A DNA stretch of 63,138 nucleotides, filler included, from 14 parts of 14 records of this genome joined end to end with filler, not necessarily neighbours in it, one strand, 5' to 3'. Numbered from the whole stretch's first letter, positions 35,780 to 46,453 are shown. Numbers and translations are program-made. The notes: generated by a model not told the origin, from the letters alone.

Positions 35780-37311
35780 GTCCCCGTGCGTGAGAGTCTC
35801 GTAGCAGAAAATCAGCTGTGATGCGGGGTTCGGCATATTGCGAACTTGTTTCTTGAGGTGCTGCTCGGTAAAGGGCAGCGACGCATTCAACCGACTGGAG
35901 AGGGCGTGGAATCCAACTTCCATAGTGGGTGAGAATTCTAGTTTGACGCCTGCGCCGTCGCACACATCTACATGTATGCCAAGGCAAGCAGATCAGCGCA
36001 TTCAATATGCGCGCGATAGGACGTAAGGGTGCTCGCCAATTTCTCATTCTGTGGAAGGGTCTGTGGCTCACAGTGTGGAGCTGGGCTGGGCGTGGCCTCG
36101 GTTGTGATCTCCTGGCTGCCCGGCGTGCCATCTTCGTGAATCCTGCGCCTGCCCTCGAGCAACCAGCGCGAGTGAAACTCCATGGCAGCGCTCAGCCTGA
36201 CATGCTCTTCTTGCCACAGGTCAACGCCCTGGATAAATGCCGTCTCTGCAGTGTAATGTGCCGACGCCATTCCCATTTGCATGTGGCCGAAGTCTCGGCA
36301 GGTCTCTTGGCACACTCCGTCCGTGCTAGCGTTGAAGACCTGCTGCCCGTACCAAGCGCCGCCCCCATAGTGTGTGTCATTCCAGTTCGACCTACCGCGA
36401 GGGACATGGTGCGGGTAAGGCCCGTCCGAAACAGTCCAGAAGTACGCAGGGACGCGCTGACGCCAGAAATCGAGGGCGTGCTGGAACATGGTAGTGTTCT
36501 CGGTGAAGACAGCGATGCCAGCCAGCGCTGCATCGCGTGGGCAGTCAGTGGATACGTGGCTGCTCGAAGACAAAAGGGCGAAGGGCAGAGCGGAAAAATG
36601 ATGATGCGATCTCGCACCATCGATCATGCTGAGCTCCCAGTTGCCATTGCAGCCACTGCCGCCGTAGATCCAAGGCACAGTGACGCGAGCGAGCATATCT
36701 GCCAGCCTGCCCTGGTCACTGCTGGACCATCCGCTCGACTGGCCACCAGCACCGCCAGTAGCGTGAGCCAGTAGCTCGGCGGTCTTGCTGTACATCATCC
36801 CAGACCAGCCCGCCTGAAGAGGCGCGTTGAAAGCCTTGGTGCCGTTGACGAGCCCGTATGCCTTCAGATTCTTCGCGTATAGATTCAGAATTGCTATGGC
36901 GTTGTTCGCGAACGTTTTGTTGCCGTCGATAGCCCACAGCAGCGCCTGGACATACGCTGTAGCCGTGTCACGGCTCTCGTCGCTACATCCAAAGTCTGGA
37001 TGGCTGTAGCTTCCACAGACTATCTTGCCATCCTTGGGTGGGCCACGCGGTACGTAGGCCGGGTTTCCAAAGGAGCTAGCCAATGCTTTGCGATACGCGA
37101 CGTACTTTGGGCCCGTCTTGCTAGCCACTGCAGCACGGACTGTGTCGAGGTCCGCAGCGGAAACCAACACGCCAGGGTGGGTGAACTGAGTGGACGAGCT
37201 GCCGTCGCCGGTGCCGTCGTGCGCTGCTGCGCCCGACGCAGCTCTCAAGAACTGGCTCAGTGGCAGTAGCGCGAGCAGGATGTACGCGCACATCGTCCAC
37301 GCTCTCTGCAT
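35768..37311 (-). CDS. Secreted alginate-lyase-family (PF05426-like) protein of bacterial/fungal type, 3 exons
   Basis: Signal peptide; FTHPGVLVS, CGSYSHPDFGCSDESRD, NAPLQAGWSG, NGNWELSM, GVCQETCRDFGH, C-terminal ETLTHG; introns about 36532-36617 and 35968-36072. Confidence 0.82.
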
Positions 37312-37488
37312 CGATGCTTCAACGAGCCCGAGGCTGCTGCGCACTGCGTCGCGTGTGTAGACACCGCACTGACACGACAGACGACCTGCTGACGACTCTC
37401 GCTCGCACGAGCTCGACCCAGGAATCAAATTGAGACTCACCGGCCGCGGTGATGATTTATTCTCAATTCTACAATGGGTGGAGGCTAC

Positions 37489-37523
37489 TGACACCGGGCA
37501 TAAGGCCCTCATGCCCGGTGTCA
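37489..37523. mobile_element. 35-bp palindromic mini-element TGACACCGGGCAT-AAGGCCCTC-ATGCCCGGTGTCA at contig end
   Basis: 13-bp perfect inverted arms; the same arm recurs at 39607, 55854 and 59080 on different contigs. Confidence 0.7.
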
Positions 37524-37928
37524 NNNNNNNNNNNNNNNNNNNNNNNNNNNNNNNNNNNNNNNNNNNNTTAATTAATTAANNNNNNNNNNNNNNNNNNNNN
37601 NNNNNNNNNNNNNNNNNNNNNNNATTCCAGGGTCGAGCACGCAGTCCAACTCATCACCAGCATGATCGTGGGCGCCGGGGCGCGTGCGCGCGCGCGCGCG
37701 GGACGACGCGACGCGCCGGCGCGTCGCGTTCCAGCAGCGCACGCCGGCGGGCGGGAGCGAGTCCGTGAGCGAGAGCAGGTGCCGGCATACTACTAGTACG
37801 ATTTCGCAGCAGCTGCGAAATCGTCGTTGCAGCACAGACGGACACGATACATGGAAACAGCGTGCTGCTCCGACTTCTAGGGACGTGCACACTCGCCTGA
37901 CACGAGCGAGCACCCTGTGAACAGGACG

Positions 37929-39080
37929 ATGCGCCGGCAAAGCGTGCCGCTGAATCTGACCAACCTGGGGTCTGACGAGCTCGAGATCATTTTACAATAC
38001 GTGGGACTCAATGCACGTGCTCATTGCGCAATCATGTCGACGTGCAGCACAATGCGCGAGCTCTATCTTGGTATGACCAACAGTCCATTGGTTCGGATGT
38101 TTTCAGAAAGGAACACAATGCAACCTGCTGTCGGCCTGAGGGCACAACTAAGCGAGCTTGGAGTGTTGAGAGGCCATACTGGTTTTGTTAGCTGGGCACA
38201 ATTTAGTCCAGACGGTGAACATATCGTCTCTGCAAGCTCCGACCAAACTGTACGATTGTGGAGCGCAATGACCGGACAGTGTAAGATCGAGTTGCAGGGT
38301 CACAATGGTGGGGTGAACTCGGCGCACTTCAGCCAAGATGCTCGCAGCATTGTATCTGCGAGTGATGACGGGACTGTACGCATATGGAATTCGTTGACGG
38401 GAGCGTGCACGCAGGTGCTGAGCTGTCACCACTCGGACGGACTCCTCGATGCAGCACATAAAATCAACTCGGCCCAATTTAGCCCGAACGGTGAGAGGAT
38501 TGTCGTTGCAAGCGAGAGACCTGCAGTTCAGATATGGAATGTAGTGACAGGGGTGTGCCAGCAAGAATTGAGCGGCCACAGTGCCAGTGTTTTTTCCGCG
38601 TGTTTTGGCCCAGACGGTCGAAAGATTGTGTCTGCTAGTAAGGATGAGACCGTTCGAGTATGGAGCAATGAAAAAGGTAGGTGGTTGTGCGAACACACGC
38701 TGAAGGGTCACCGCTCATGGGTGAATTGTGCACATTTCAGCACTGATGGCGAACATATTATCTCGGCGAGTGGCAAGCCTTTCGCGCACATCAACCGGAA
38801 CACGATCCGAGTGTGGAATGTGACAACGGGCGTATGCGAGCAAACACTTGCAGGTCACAACTCGGCGGTAAACACCGTTCAGTTCAGCCCTGACAGCCAG
38901 CATATTGTGTCGGCGAGCTTGGACGATAGCGTACGAGTGTGGTGCGCGACAACGGGTGATTGCGAACATGATTTGGAGGAGTTGGTTGTCTGGGTGCGCT
39001 CAGCACAGTTCAGTCCATGTGGTGAAGCTATTGTGATGGCAAGTGACGACATGACTGTGCGAGTGTCGTTCTTGCATTAG
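37929..39080 (+). CDS. WD40-repeat protein with F-box-like N-terminus, intronless
   Basis: LTNLGSDELEIILQYV..TCSTMREL (F-box-like), then about 7 repeats of GHxxxVxSAxFSPDGxxIVSASxDxTVRxW. Confidence 0.85.
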   Translation: MRRQSVPLNLTNLGSDELEIILQYVGLNARAHCAIMSTCSTMRELYLGMTNSPLVRMFSERNTMQPAVGLRAQLSELGVLRGHTGFVSWAQFSPDGEHIVSASSDQTVRLWSAMTGQCKIELQGHNGGVNSAHFSQDARSIVSASDDGTVRIWNSLTGACTQVLSCHHSDGLLDAAHKINSAQFSPNGERIVVASERPAVQIWNVVTGVCQQELSGHSASVFSACFGPDGRKIVSASKDETVRVWSNEKGRWLCEHTLKGHRSWVNCAHFSTDGEHIISASGKPFAHINRNTIRVWNVTTGVCEQTLAGHNSAVNTVQFSPDSQHIVSASLDDSVRVWCATTGDCEHDLEELVVWVRSAQFSPCGEAIVMASDDMTVRVSFLH

Positions 39081-39606
39081 TGCCTCAAATTGCACCAAGC
39101 CTTGCGGCGGCTGCAACACACAAGCTAGAAACCCTCAACACCTGATGTTGGAAGCACCATTGGAGGTAGTTTATTTTTGAGCCCACTTTTTGAGCGGAGA
39201 TGCATGCCCCTCACTCACTAGTGAATAAAGATAATTATGCCAGTGCTCACTTCTATGCGTGCATTTTAGCCGTATGCATACGAGCACAATAACACAGGGC
39301 GGTCGTGGCCCACCCCCGCCACCCTGGTGGGGGTGGGCCGCAGCTTTCCGGAACTAGCTTAGGTTAGATCTACCGGTAGGAAACTTTTTGCATTGAGAAT
39401 GGATCTCATAGCGACAACGATCGTGGTGGGCATGGGGATCCCTAAGTCTGGAAAGCTCCGCGATCATGCATTCAGATCGCTAGTAGCTCTCGGCGGGGCT
39501 TGGTCATGGCGTAACTTGGCCTTCTTGCCCAGTGACCACATTAGCATTGCGCCAATTGTCGAGTAACGACACCAAGTAACCGATCTCTCAATAGAAAAGA
39601 CTGCAA

Positions 39607-39639
39607 TGACACCGGGCATAAGGCGACTTGCTAGACTCA
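39607..39639. mobile_element. 33-bp mini-element TGACACCGGGCATAAGGCGACTTGCTAGACTCA (asymmetric variant)
   Basis: First 17 bp identical to the arm at 37489; ends in TCA. Confidence 0.6.
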
Positions 39640-39825
39640 AGCCAGGGGCACGCCGCCTCCGCAAAAGTTCGCGGGCACGGCGGCTGCATTGTGTTTGGTG
39701 GCAACCCTCATGATGATTCGGCAGAGGTACCGGTGGCAGAGCTGTTTGACGAGGAAACAGGGAGAGTGTTCCAGCTGCCTCACAGCACCCGATATAGCCG
39801 GCGCGTGGCTATTGCGGCATCATAA
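39640..39825 (+). pseudogene. Orphan C-terminal Kelch-like gene fragment
   Basis: GHAASAKVRGHGGCIVFGG..VAELFDEETGRVFQLPH..* resembles a last Kelch repeat; no ATG or upstream coding part; begins right at the mini-element. Confidence 0.45.
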
Positions 39826-39961
39826 ACCTTTGGCCTCAGAATAATATGATGAGAATCAATCCGTGTTGAGACTCTGCGATCCTTGCGTCAGATACTAGTA
39901 CTATTTCAAGACTTCATTCTGTCAGCAAGCTTGGCCACCTAACGCGACCAACTGATCAGCC

Positions 39962-42145
39962 TCAGCCAAAAAGCATCTTCGAAACCGACCAACCAATATG
40001 CTCCTCCTCGGCCCCCTCCTCTCCCTGCTGCGCTGCCTCCGATGATCCCGCCACCACAACCGCCGCACCGCCCGAGGAGCCCTCCACTTCTCCGCCATGT
40101 GAAGGTGAGCTCTGCGCCGTCTCGATCATCCCTTCGAGGAAGCGCTGCAGCCGCAATACCTCCGCTACCACCTCCGGCTGCCCCGCCGCGGTCCAGTCCC
40201 GGCCGCGCGACTGCTCCAGCGCGGCTTTGGCGCGGGACGCTCGGACCGTCGCCGCAGACTCCCGGGGGCTCAGCATCGCGCCATCGCATGGGGAAGATCC
40301 TGCTGGTCTCGGGAGCCAGCTGAAATCGAGAGCCGTGCTGCTTGCGCTGACGAAAACTTCCGCCGCCACCACTACCTCACCCGCTGCGCCCGCCGCGCCT
40401 CCTGCACCGGGAGCCGAGCCGTCTAACGTCCATCCGTACAGCTCTGTTGAGTACCGCCCAGAGCCGAGAGTAGAACCACGGCCGCCACAGACGAGCGCCA
40501 TCGGCACAGGTCCCGGCAGGAACGCAGCTGCTAAGCTCGAGCCCTCCAGCGGCCGCAATCCGCCACCCTCCACACCCGACGGGCAGAGCTCCTGCCACTC
40601 CACACCCGACTGCCCCGGCAACAACGGCGCCCCGGGCCGCGGCAGCGTCAGCGCCAGCAAGTTCCCAAATCCTCTCGCTCCATCCCCGCCTCCAAAGATC
40701 AGCAGCGTGCGTCCCTGTGTCTCGCCCTCGATCGAACTGCTCGATGAGAAGCAGCCCGACGGTGCGAGGCACATGGCGTGCCCCACCCTCGCGCAAGGGG
40801 CACGCCCCGCGCTAGGTGTACCCGCGAGCAACGACCACCGCCATGTCTCCCAGTTTAAGATCCAGAGCTCATCTGTCGGCTGGCCGGTTGCAAGCATACC
40901 TCCAAACACAACCATCGCTCGCTCGGTCGCAACAGCGGTGTGCTCCGCTCGTGCAGACGGCCGCGGGCCTTCCTCAGCATATAGAGCGCGCCAGGCCGGC
41001 GCATCCACCTCCGTGAAATCCACCAGTCTCAGATCGTCCAGGAGCTCTCCGCCGTGGCCGGAGGCATCGCCGCCGAAGATCACGAGGCAGTCACGGCCGT
41101 TCAGCCGGACACCAACCGCGCTGTGCCCAACGCGGGGCGCGGCCGCAGCGGTGCCCGTGGAATCCTCGCCCTTGAGCAGCTTCCAGCGTAGCTGCGAGCC
41201 ATCCGGCGTGAGCGAGGCCAGCGCCAGCGCGCCGTTGTCCGCTCCGACCAACCCTTGGCGGTTGTACCCGCCGAACACCACAATATCGATCACGCCAGAC
41301 TTGCCCCCGCCGCCCCTGTCCCGCCGCGCGGGCAGGGCCGTAGCCGTGTGTCCAGCGCGCGGCGGCGGTTCGGCCAGCTCGTCCGGCGCCGCCTCGGACC
41401 GCGCGATCGACCAGCGCTGCCTGTCGAGATCGTACACCCAGCCGTGGAGCAGCTTGTGGTTGACGCCGTGTGGGCCGGTGCCGCCCATGAGCAGCAGCTT
41501 GCGGCCGACGAGCGTCGTAGTGTGGTGGCAGCGGGCCGGAGGGCGCTCGGTGCCCTCGGCGAGCCCAGCGGCCATCACGCGCCACATGCCGGCGCCGCTC
41601 GCGACGACCGCCGCCGCGGCGACGGGCAACAGCCGGTGCTGCCCGTCCACGCTTGTGCTAACGGCGGCAGCGCCCGGCGCTGCGGCAGCTGGTGGTGTTC
41701 CCGCAGGTTCTACCGCCGTTGCCACCGCCGCCGTCGCCTCCTCGCCTAGGCCACCCGCAGCGGCCTTCGCGACGAGCTTCGTCGCGTGCTCGAGCGGCCA
41801 CCTAGGCCCGAGGTCCTCGTCCAGGATCGAGATGAACTTCCGCATGGCGTCGATCGTCGCCGTCCCGCGCAGCGAGTCCCACGCGGACCACTTCGCGCCC
41901 TCCGTGAGCTCCCAGAACCCCGGCTTCTCCTCCGGGTTGTCGCCACGCTCCATCTGCTGCCTCAGCGCCCAGAGCGCCAGACGCGCGTCATCGGTGAGCA
42001 GCGAGTCCGTCAGGTCGGTAGCGCTCGGCTGCGGCTGCGTCGAGTCGACCCACAGCGAGGCCACGGCGTACTTCTGCTCATACGGCAGGGCAAGCCAGTC
42101 GCTGAACGTCGCCGCCGCGAGGGGCTCCGTCCGCGGGAGCTCCAT
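39962..42145 (-). CDS. Acyl-CoA-binding domain plus Kelch-repeat protein (plant ACBP4/5-like)
   Basis: LALPYEQKYAVASLW..LTDDARLALWALRQQ..AKWSAWDSL..AMRKFISILDED (ACB domain); Kelch PPARCHHTTTLVG, PPPRAGHTAT, PSARAEHTAV, PCARVGHAM. Likely ATG 42145 (ORF open to 42358). Confidence 0.85.
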   Translation of the reverse strand: MELPRTEPLAAATFSDWLALPYEQKYAVASLWVDSTQPQPSATDLTDSLLTDDARLALWALRQQMERGDNPEEKPGFWELTEGAKWSAWDSLRGTATIDAMRKFISILDEDLGPRWPLEHATKLVAKAAAGGLGEEATAAVATAVEPAGTPPAAAAPGAAAVSTSVDGQHRLLPVAAAAVVASGAGMWRVMAAGLAEGTERPPARCHHTTTLVGRKLLLMGGTGPHGVNHKLLHGWVYDLDRQRWSIARSEAAPDELAEPPPRAGHTATALPARRDRGGGGKSGVIDIVVFGGYNRQGLVGADNGALALASLTPDGSQLRWKLLKGEDSTGTAAAAPRVGHSAVGVRLNGRDCLVIFGGDASGHGGELLDDLRLVDFTEVDAPAWRALYAEEGPRPSARAEHTAVATERAMVVFGGMLATGQPTDELWILNWETWRWSLLAGTPSAGRAPCARVGHAMCLAPSGCFSSSSSIEGETQGRTLLIFGGGDGARGFGNLLALTLPRPGAPLLPGQSGVEWQELCPSGVEGGGLRPLEGSSLAAAFLPGPVPMALVCGGRGSTLGSGRYSTELYGWTLDGSAPGAGGAAGAAGEVVVAAEVFVSASSTALDFSWLPRPAGSSPCDGAMLSPRESAATVRASRAKAALEQSRGRDWTAAGQPEVVAEVLRLQRFLEGMIETAQSSPSHGGEVEGSSGGAAVVVAGSSEAAQQGEEGAEEEHIGWSVSKMLFG

Positions 42146-42603
42146 GACGGGTAGGTGGTCCACACGGGCGCCCGGCACAACGCAAGCGCCCACGCGGGCT
42201 TGCCCTTGTGTTCGCTCGTGCCGCTTTAGATCAAGATGAAGATCCTCATCTGGTTCTACTGCAGCTGAGTTCCAGACTGGAGGGTCTCGGTCTTCGATGA
42301 GAGTGGAGAGTCTTCGATGATTTGATTCTGCGACACTGGTCGGGAGTCTCCTGACCATACTAGTATCCCTTTGTCGGAGGAGTGCTACTAGGAGTGGAAT
42401 TTAGATCTCTCTAGAGTTAGATCAGGGTTCAAGCGTCGTGCCGGGTTGGATTAATCAAAATAAAAATGAGGGAAAGGTAGACAGTAGGTGTCCGNNNNNN
42501 NNNNNNNNNNNNNNNNNNNNNNNNNNNNNNNNNNNNNNTTAATTAATTAANNNNNNNNNNNNNNNNNNNNNNNNNNNNNNNNNNNNNNNNNNNNCATTCC
42601 GAC

Positions 42604-42645
42604 TGAATCAACCTGACGCTAGTAAGTGACCGACCCTGTATGTCA
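42604..42645. mobile_element. Candidate TGA...TGTCA mini-element variant (TGAATCAACC-TGACGCTAGTAAGTGACCGACCCTGTATGTCA) 9 bp from contig start
   Basis: 42614-42645 aligns with the reverse complement of the 39607 element (TGA..CTAG.AAGT..CC....CCC...TGTCA). Confidence 0.4.
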
Positions 42646-43091
42646 ATGTCGTCAACAGTTTGGCAGTTGAAATTCGACACACTCCGACGCTCAGCGCGCG
42701 CCGTCGTCCCGAGAACGAACCCGAAAAGTTTCGCAAATTCCCAACCCGACCCGCCGGCCCAAACCGGCGCGGAGTCCCGAAAGCCTCACTGATGAAAGCA
42801 CTTTCCGGGACCACTCATCCCGCCATTCCCCTTCCCATTCATCCACCTCGGCCCTTGAAAAGTCCCGTGCGTTGCGTACGGTACGATCATCGGTGACGGC
42901 CGCGGAGCCGACGGTGGCAAAGAAGAGGCCGCGTACGTTGACAGGCGTCCGTTGACGGCGCTGCTGCGTGCGTACGAGCGCCGGCAGGGAGGCTGGCTGG
43001 GCCGCTTGGTTGATCAGTTGGTGCACCCGTGAGTTCTCAGGAGCAATTTACCGGCGTGGTGCAGCGGCCTCGGGGCAGTGAAGCGTTGGGC

Positions 43092-45072
43092 ATGCCGGCG
43101 GAGCACCTGGGTGGGCCGTTCAGCCCTGCGACGTGGGGCTCAAACTATGAGGCGAGCCATCAGCCGTCGTGGGCGCCGGACGCTCCCAACTCCGCGCTCG
43201 GGCAGTTGCAGGCCCACATGGGCTCGGCGTCCAAGTGGAAGACTATCCGCGAGGCCTTCATGGCAGCAGACACGGATGGGAACGGGGTGATCATGCGCGA
43301 CGAGCTGGTGATCATGTGCCGTGAGATGGGCCTGTCGAGTGACGTGAGCGCGTCGTTGCTGAACCAGTTCGACCTTGATGAGAATGGAGAGTGGAACTAC
43401 GCAGAGTTCTGTGAAGTCCTGAAGAACCAAGACTACGTCACCTACCAGCACTGCATGCCGCGCGACCAGTACAGTCGGAACGATCCAAAGCGTATGCCGT
43501 CACCAGTACCAGCGATCAAACAGCCTCCGCGGCCGTACGACATGCTCAACGGTGCCCCGCTGTCCTATATGGGCGACGTTGACGCGAAGCTGCAACTCGA
43601 CGCGCCCAAGCAGGCGACGCAATTCAACCCTAAGAACTGGAAGTCCGAGGGCCAGTCTGGGTACGTCGCTGAGTGGATCCCAGGCGGCGGATCACTGGAA
43701 GGTTCGATGATAGGCTCTCTGGCTGCGGGACAGTCGGTGCGTTTTGCTGCTCCTACCCCGCTGCCCTGCGGACACTCTAGATCACAATTTCTTCGGGCTG
43801 CACCATCTTCGTCATACTCTACTTACATCCATCCGTTTCGCCTGGCAGGCCAAAAAGCTGTTCGGCAGCATCGATAAGGACGGGTCTGGTGTTATCGACC
43901 GAGAGGAGGTTGCCAAGCTGATGATGACACTGGGCATGCAGCTCTCACGCAGTGAGCTCAACACAGCAATGGACGCAATGGACCCAAACGGAGATAACGA
44001 GATCACATTTGAAGAGTTTGAGCGCTGGTACGCCACACAAGATGTGGGTCAACAAGTGACATCGCTGCGGGATGCATTCAAACGCGCCGACAAGCAAGGC
44101 GGCGGAACGATAGATCGGGAGGAGCTCAGGCAAATGTGCACCGCTCTCACACTGCCTGCAGATACTGCTGCGGCTCTGCTGAACCAAATCAATCTAGATG
44201 AGGACGGAGAATGGAGTTATCAAGAGTTTCTCGAGGTATTGAAGCGCGAGGACTTTTGTACGTATCACTCAACGGTCGGCAGCGAACAGCCGCAGGTTCC
44301 CGATAAGATTCTGCCGAAGCCGCGCAAGTTCAATCTCTTTTCCGGCCGGCCGTACACACCTCCAGACGTGTTCGCGAAGCGGAAGCTCATGGCACAAGCC
44401 CAACATGGAACAGCTTTCCCTTCGGCGCGCTCACCTAGCATCAACTCAGCAAGAGCTGGGCGACGTTCTGCGCGGGGCTCAAATTCGTCGATGGCTCAGG
44501 CCTACGGTTCTCAAGTAGACCCTGTGGCTGGAGCCACTGCGCATTCTCCTCGGCCACCTCCCGGCACGATGACGCAAACTGGTGGTGGTTTTACTCAAGG
44601 CTTTCAAAACAGCACGACCGACTTCCGGCCTCAACCAAAGAAAGGCTACGATCGGTCGATGGGTCAGGCGTCCAAGCTAGGAGGAATTGCGCAAGGCACG
44701 AATCGGGTGCTCGAGGGTGCCGCGGGTCCGTACCCACAGGCGCAATCGCAGCACCACGGTGACACGCTGGATCAGTTTGCTCGTCAATCACTTGGGTTCG
44801 ATAGCATGGGCAACCGACTGATTCACGCTCCACCTGGCGGTAAGCATCAGGATATGATGACACCTCGCGCTGCTGGGCCGAGTTACGATCCGGAGCACGA
44901 CGTGCGCCGACATTTGCCGTCTTGGGCAAATGAACAGGTTGGCGTTCAACATAGCGACGCTTTGATGCCACCACCAGGAGCCCGGGTGTCGGCAGAGGTG
45001 GCAGCACTGGATGGAATGATGGAAAAAAGCTGTAAGTTCGAGACCTTCTTGGATGCCGTTGCTAACAGCTGA
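43092..45072 (+). CDS. Multi-EF-hand calcium-binding protein with an internally duplicated EF module and low-complexity tail
   Basis: DTDGNGVIMRDE, DLDENGEWNYAE, DKDGSGVIDREE, DPNGDNEITFEE, DKQGGGTIDREE; intron 43737-43848; possible extra upstream exon and a final intron extending the gene to about 45193. Confidence 0.78.
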
Positions 45073-45470
45073 GCTTTGCAGCCCCCCTACGCTGGTGAAT
45101 ACTTCCCATGGATATTTGCTTTGTTGGATTGGCCCATAAACCTGTGAACTGTGTGCGCGCAGACAACCGACAGGTCGGGCAAGACTTGTATAGTCAACAG
45201 CAAACAGGGCACAATGCTGGCGCATACATGGGTCATGATGGTGGGAAGCGCGGAGGGATAGGCGCAAATTCGCATGATCCTGCCGACCGCGTTAGCGTTG
45301 ATGGCAGCCACCGTCACATTGACGGAGTCTAGTCTCCTGTAGCCTCATTAACTACTTACGGCACAAGCTCAGGATGCGAAAGATGACTGTCTATAGGGCG
45401 TATGGTTGTATGAATCTCGCATTGTATTGGTCCGATCACTGTTGGTGAACTTTCTAATGGAACGCCGAGA

Positions 45471-46215
45471 CTAGTCCTGGTCAACAGGCGTGTCCGGTGG
45501 TTTCTTCTTGCCACATTGGTGCCTCGGGAGGGACAAGATGGCCTTCGTCAGCTTTCCCTCGCGCCATTTTTCCTCAAACATCTCAGCAAAATAGGAGTTC
45601 GGCCAGGCGAAGTAATCGCGGGTGAATTGGCAACCGTTGCCTGCAGAGAAGGACTCATGCATGTAGCCTGTTCCGCAGTCCGAGTTGAGTAGCATCTGGA
45701 GGGCCGGGCCGATTTCGGCCTCGTCTTCTGATGTCATCGCCACTGATATAAGCGCCATCGGCCAAATCATCTGGCCCGGAGTGTGTGAGCTGCCGATCCC
45801 TTTCGCACACGGCCCCTGCAAACGTGACATGAACGAATGAGCATAATTACGTGAAGCGCAGTCGAGCTCGCAGCCGTGCATACTAGTAGTGTCTTACCGT
45901 GTGATACCATGGGTTGTTTTCGGTGAGTACCCACTTGCGCGTGTTTGCCATGATCTGTGGATCGCCTTCGAAACCAAAGTAGCTAAGGCTCAGGAGGCTC
46001 GGTGTGTTTGCGTCATCAATGATGGAGTAATTTCCCAGGCCATCGGTACTGTACGCGTAAATCTTCTCACCAGGGCTACCACCTGGCGCATCGACTGTGC
46101 CGTAGACTGCGATCCCGTGCTCGATCTCAGCTGCGAGTGACTCGGCCAGCGTCGCAAGCGTCTGAAGAGGGTGTGCAGTGTGCTGGGGACGTACGCCGGT
46201 GACATCTGCGCGTAC
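45471..46215 (-). CDS. Glycoside hydrolase family 125 (metal-independent alpha-mannosidase), 3' part
   Basis: IYAYSTDGLGN..DDANTPSLLSL..NTRKWVLTENNPWY/GIGSSHT..IWPMALI..GTGYMHESF..FTRDYFAWPNSYFAE; intron 45816-45897. Confidence 0.88.
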
Positions 46216-46453
46216 NNNNNNNNNNNNNNNNNNNNNNNNNNNNNNNNNNNNNNNNNNNNTTAATTAATTAANNNNNNNNNNNNNNNNNNNNNNNNNNNNN
46301 NNNNNNNNNNNNNNNCAGCGAGCGCTGCTGTTCAGAAGGCGGGGCTGTGGCAGCACGCGGTGGAGGGAGTTGGCTGCTGCCACTGGATCACAGTGGCTCA
46401 CAGCGGTGCTCTGGAATTAGAGGGTAGGCGGTACCGCAGCTGCGAAGAGGGCC

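Noticed and set aside
40227-42239. 670-aa plus-strand ORF overlapping ACBP-kelch
   Set aside because: Antisense frame of a very GC-rich gene; low-complexity A/P/S/R content with no motifs.
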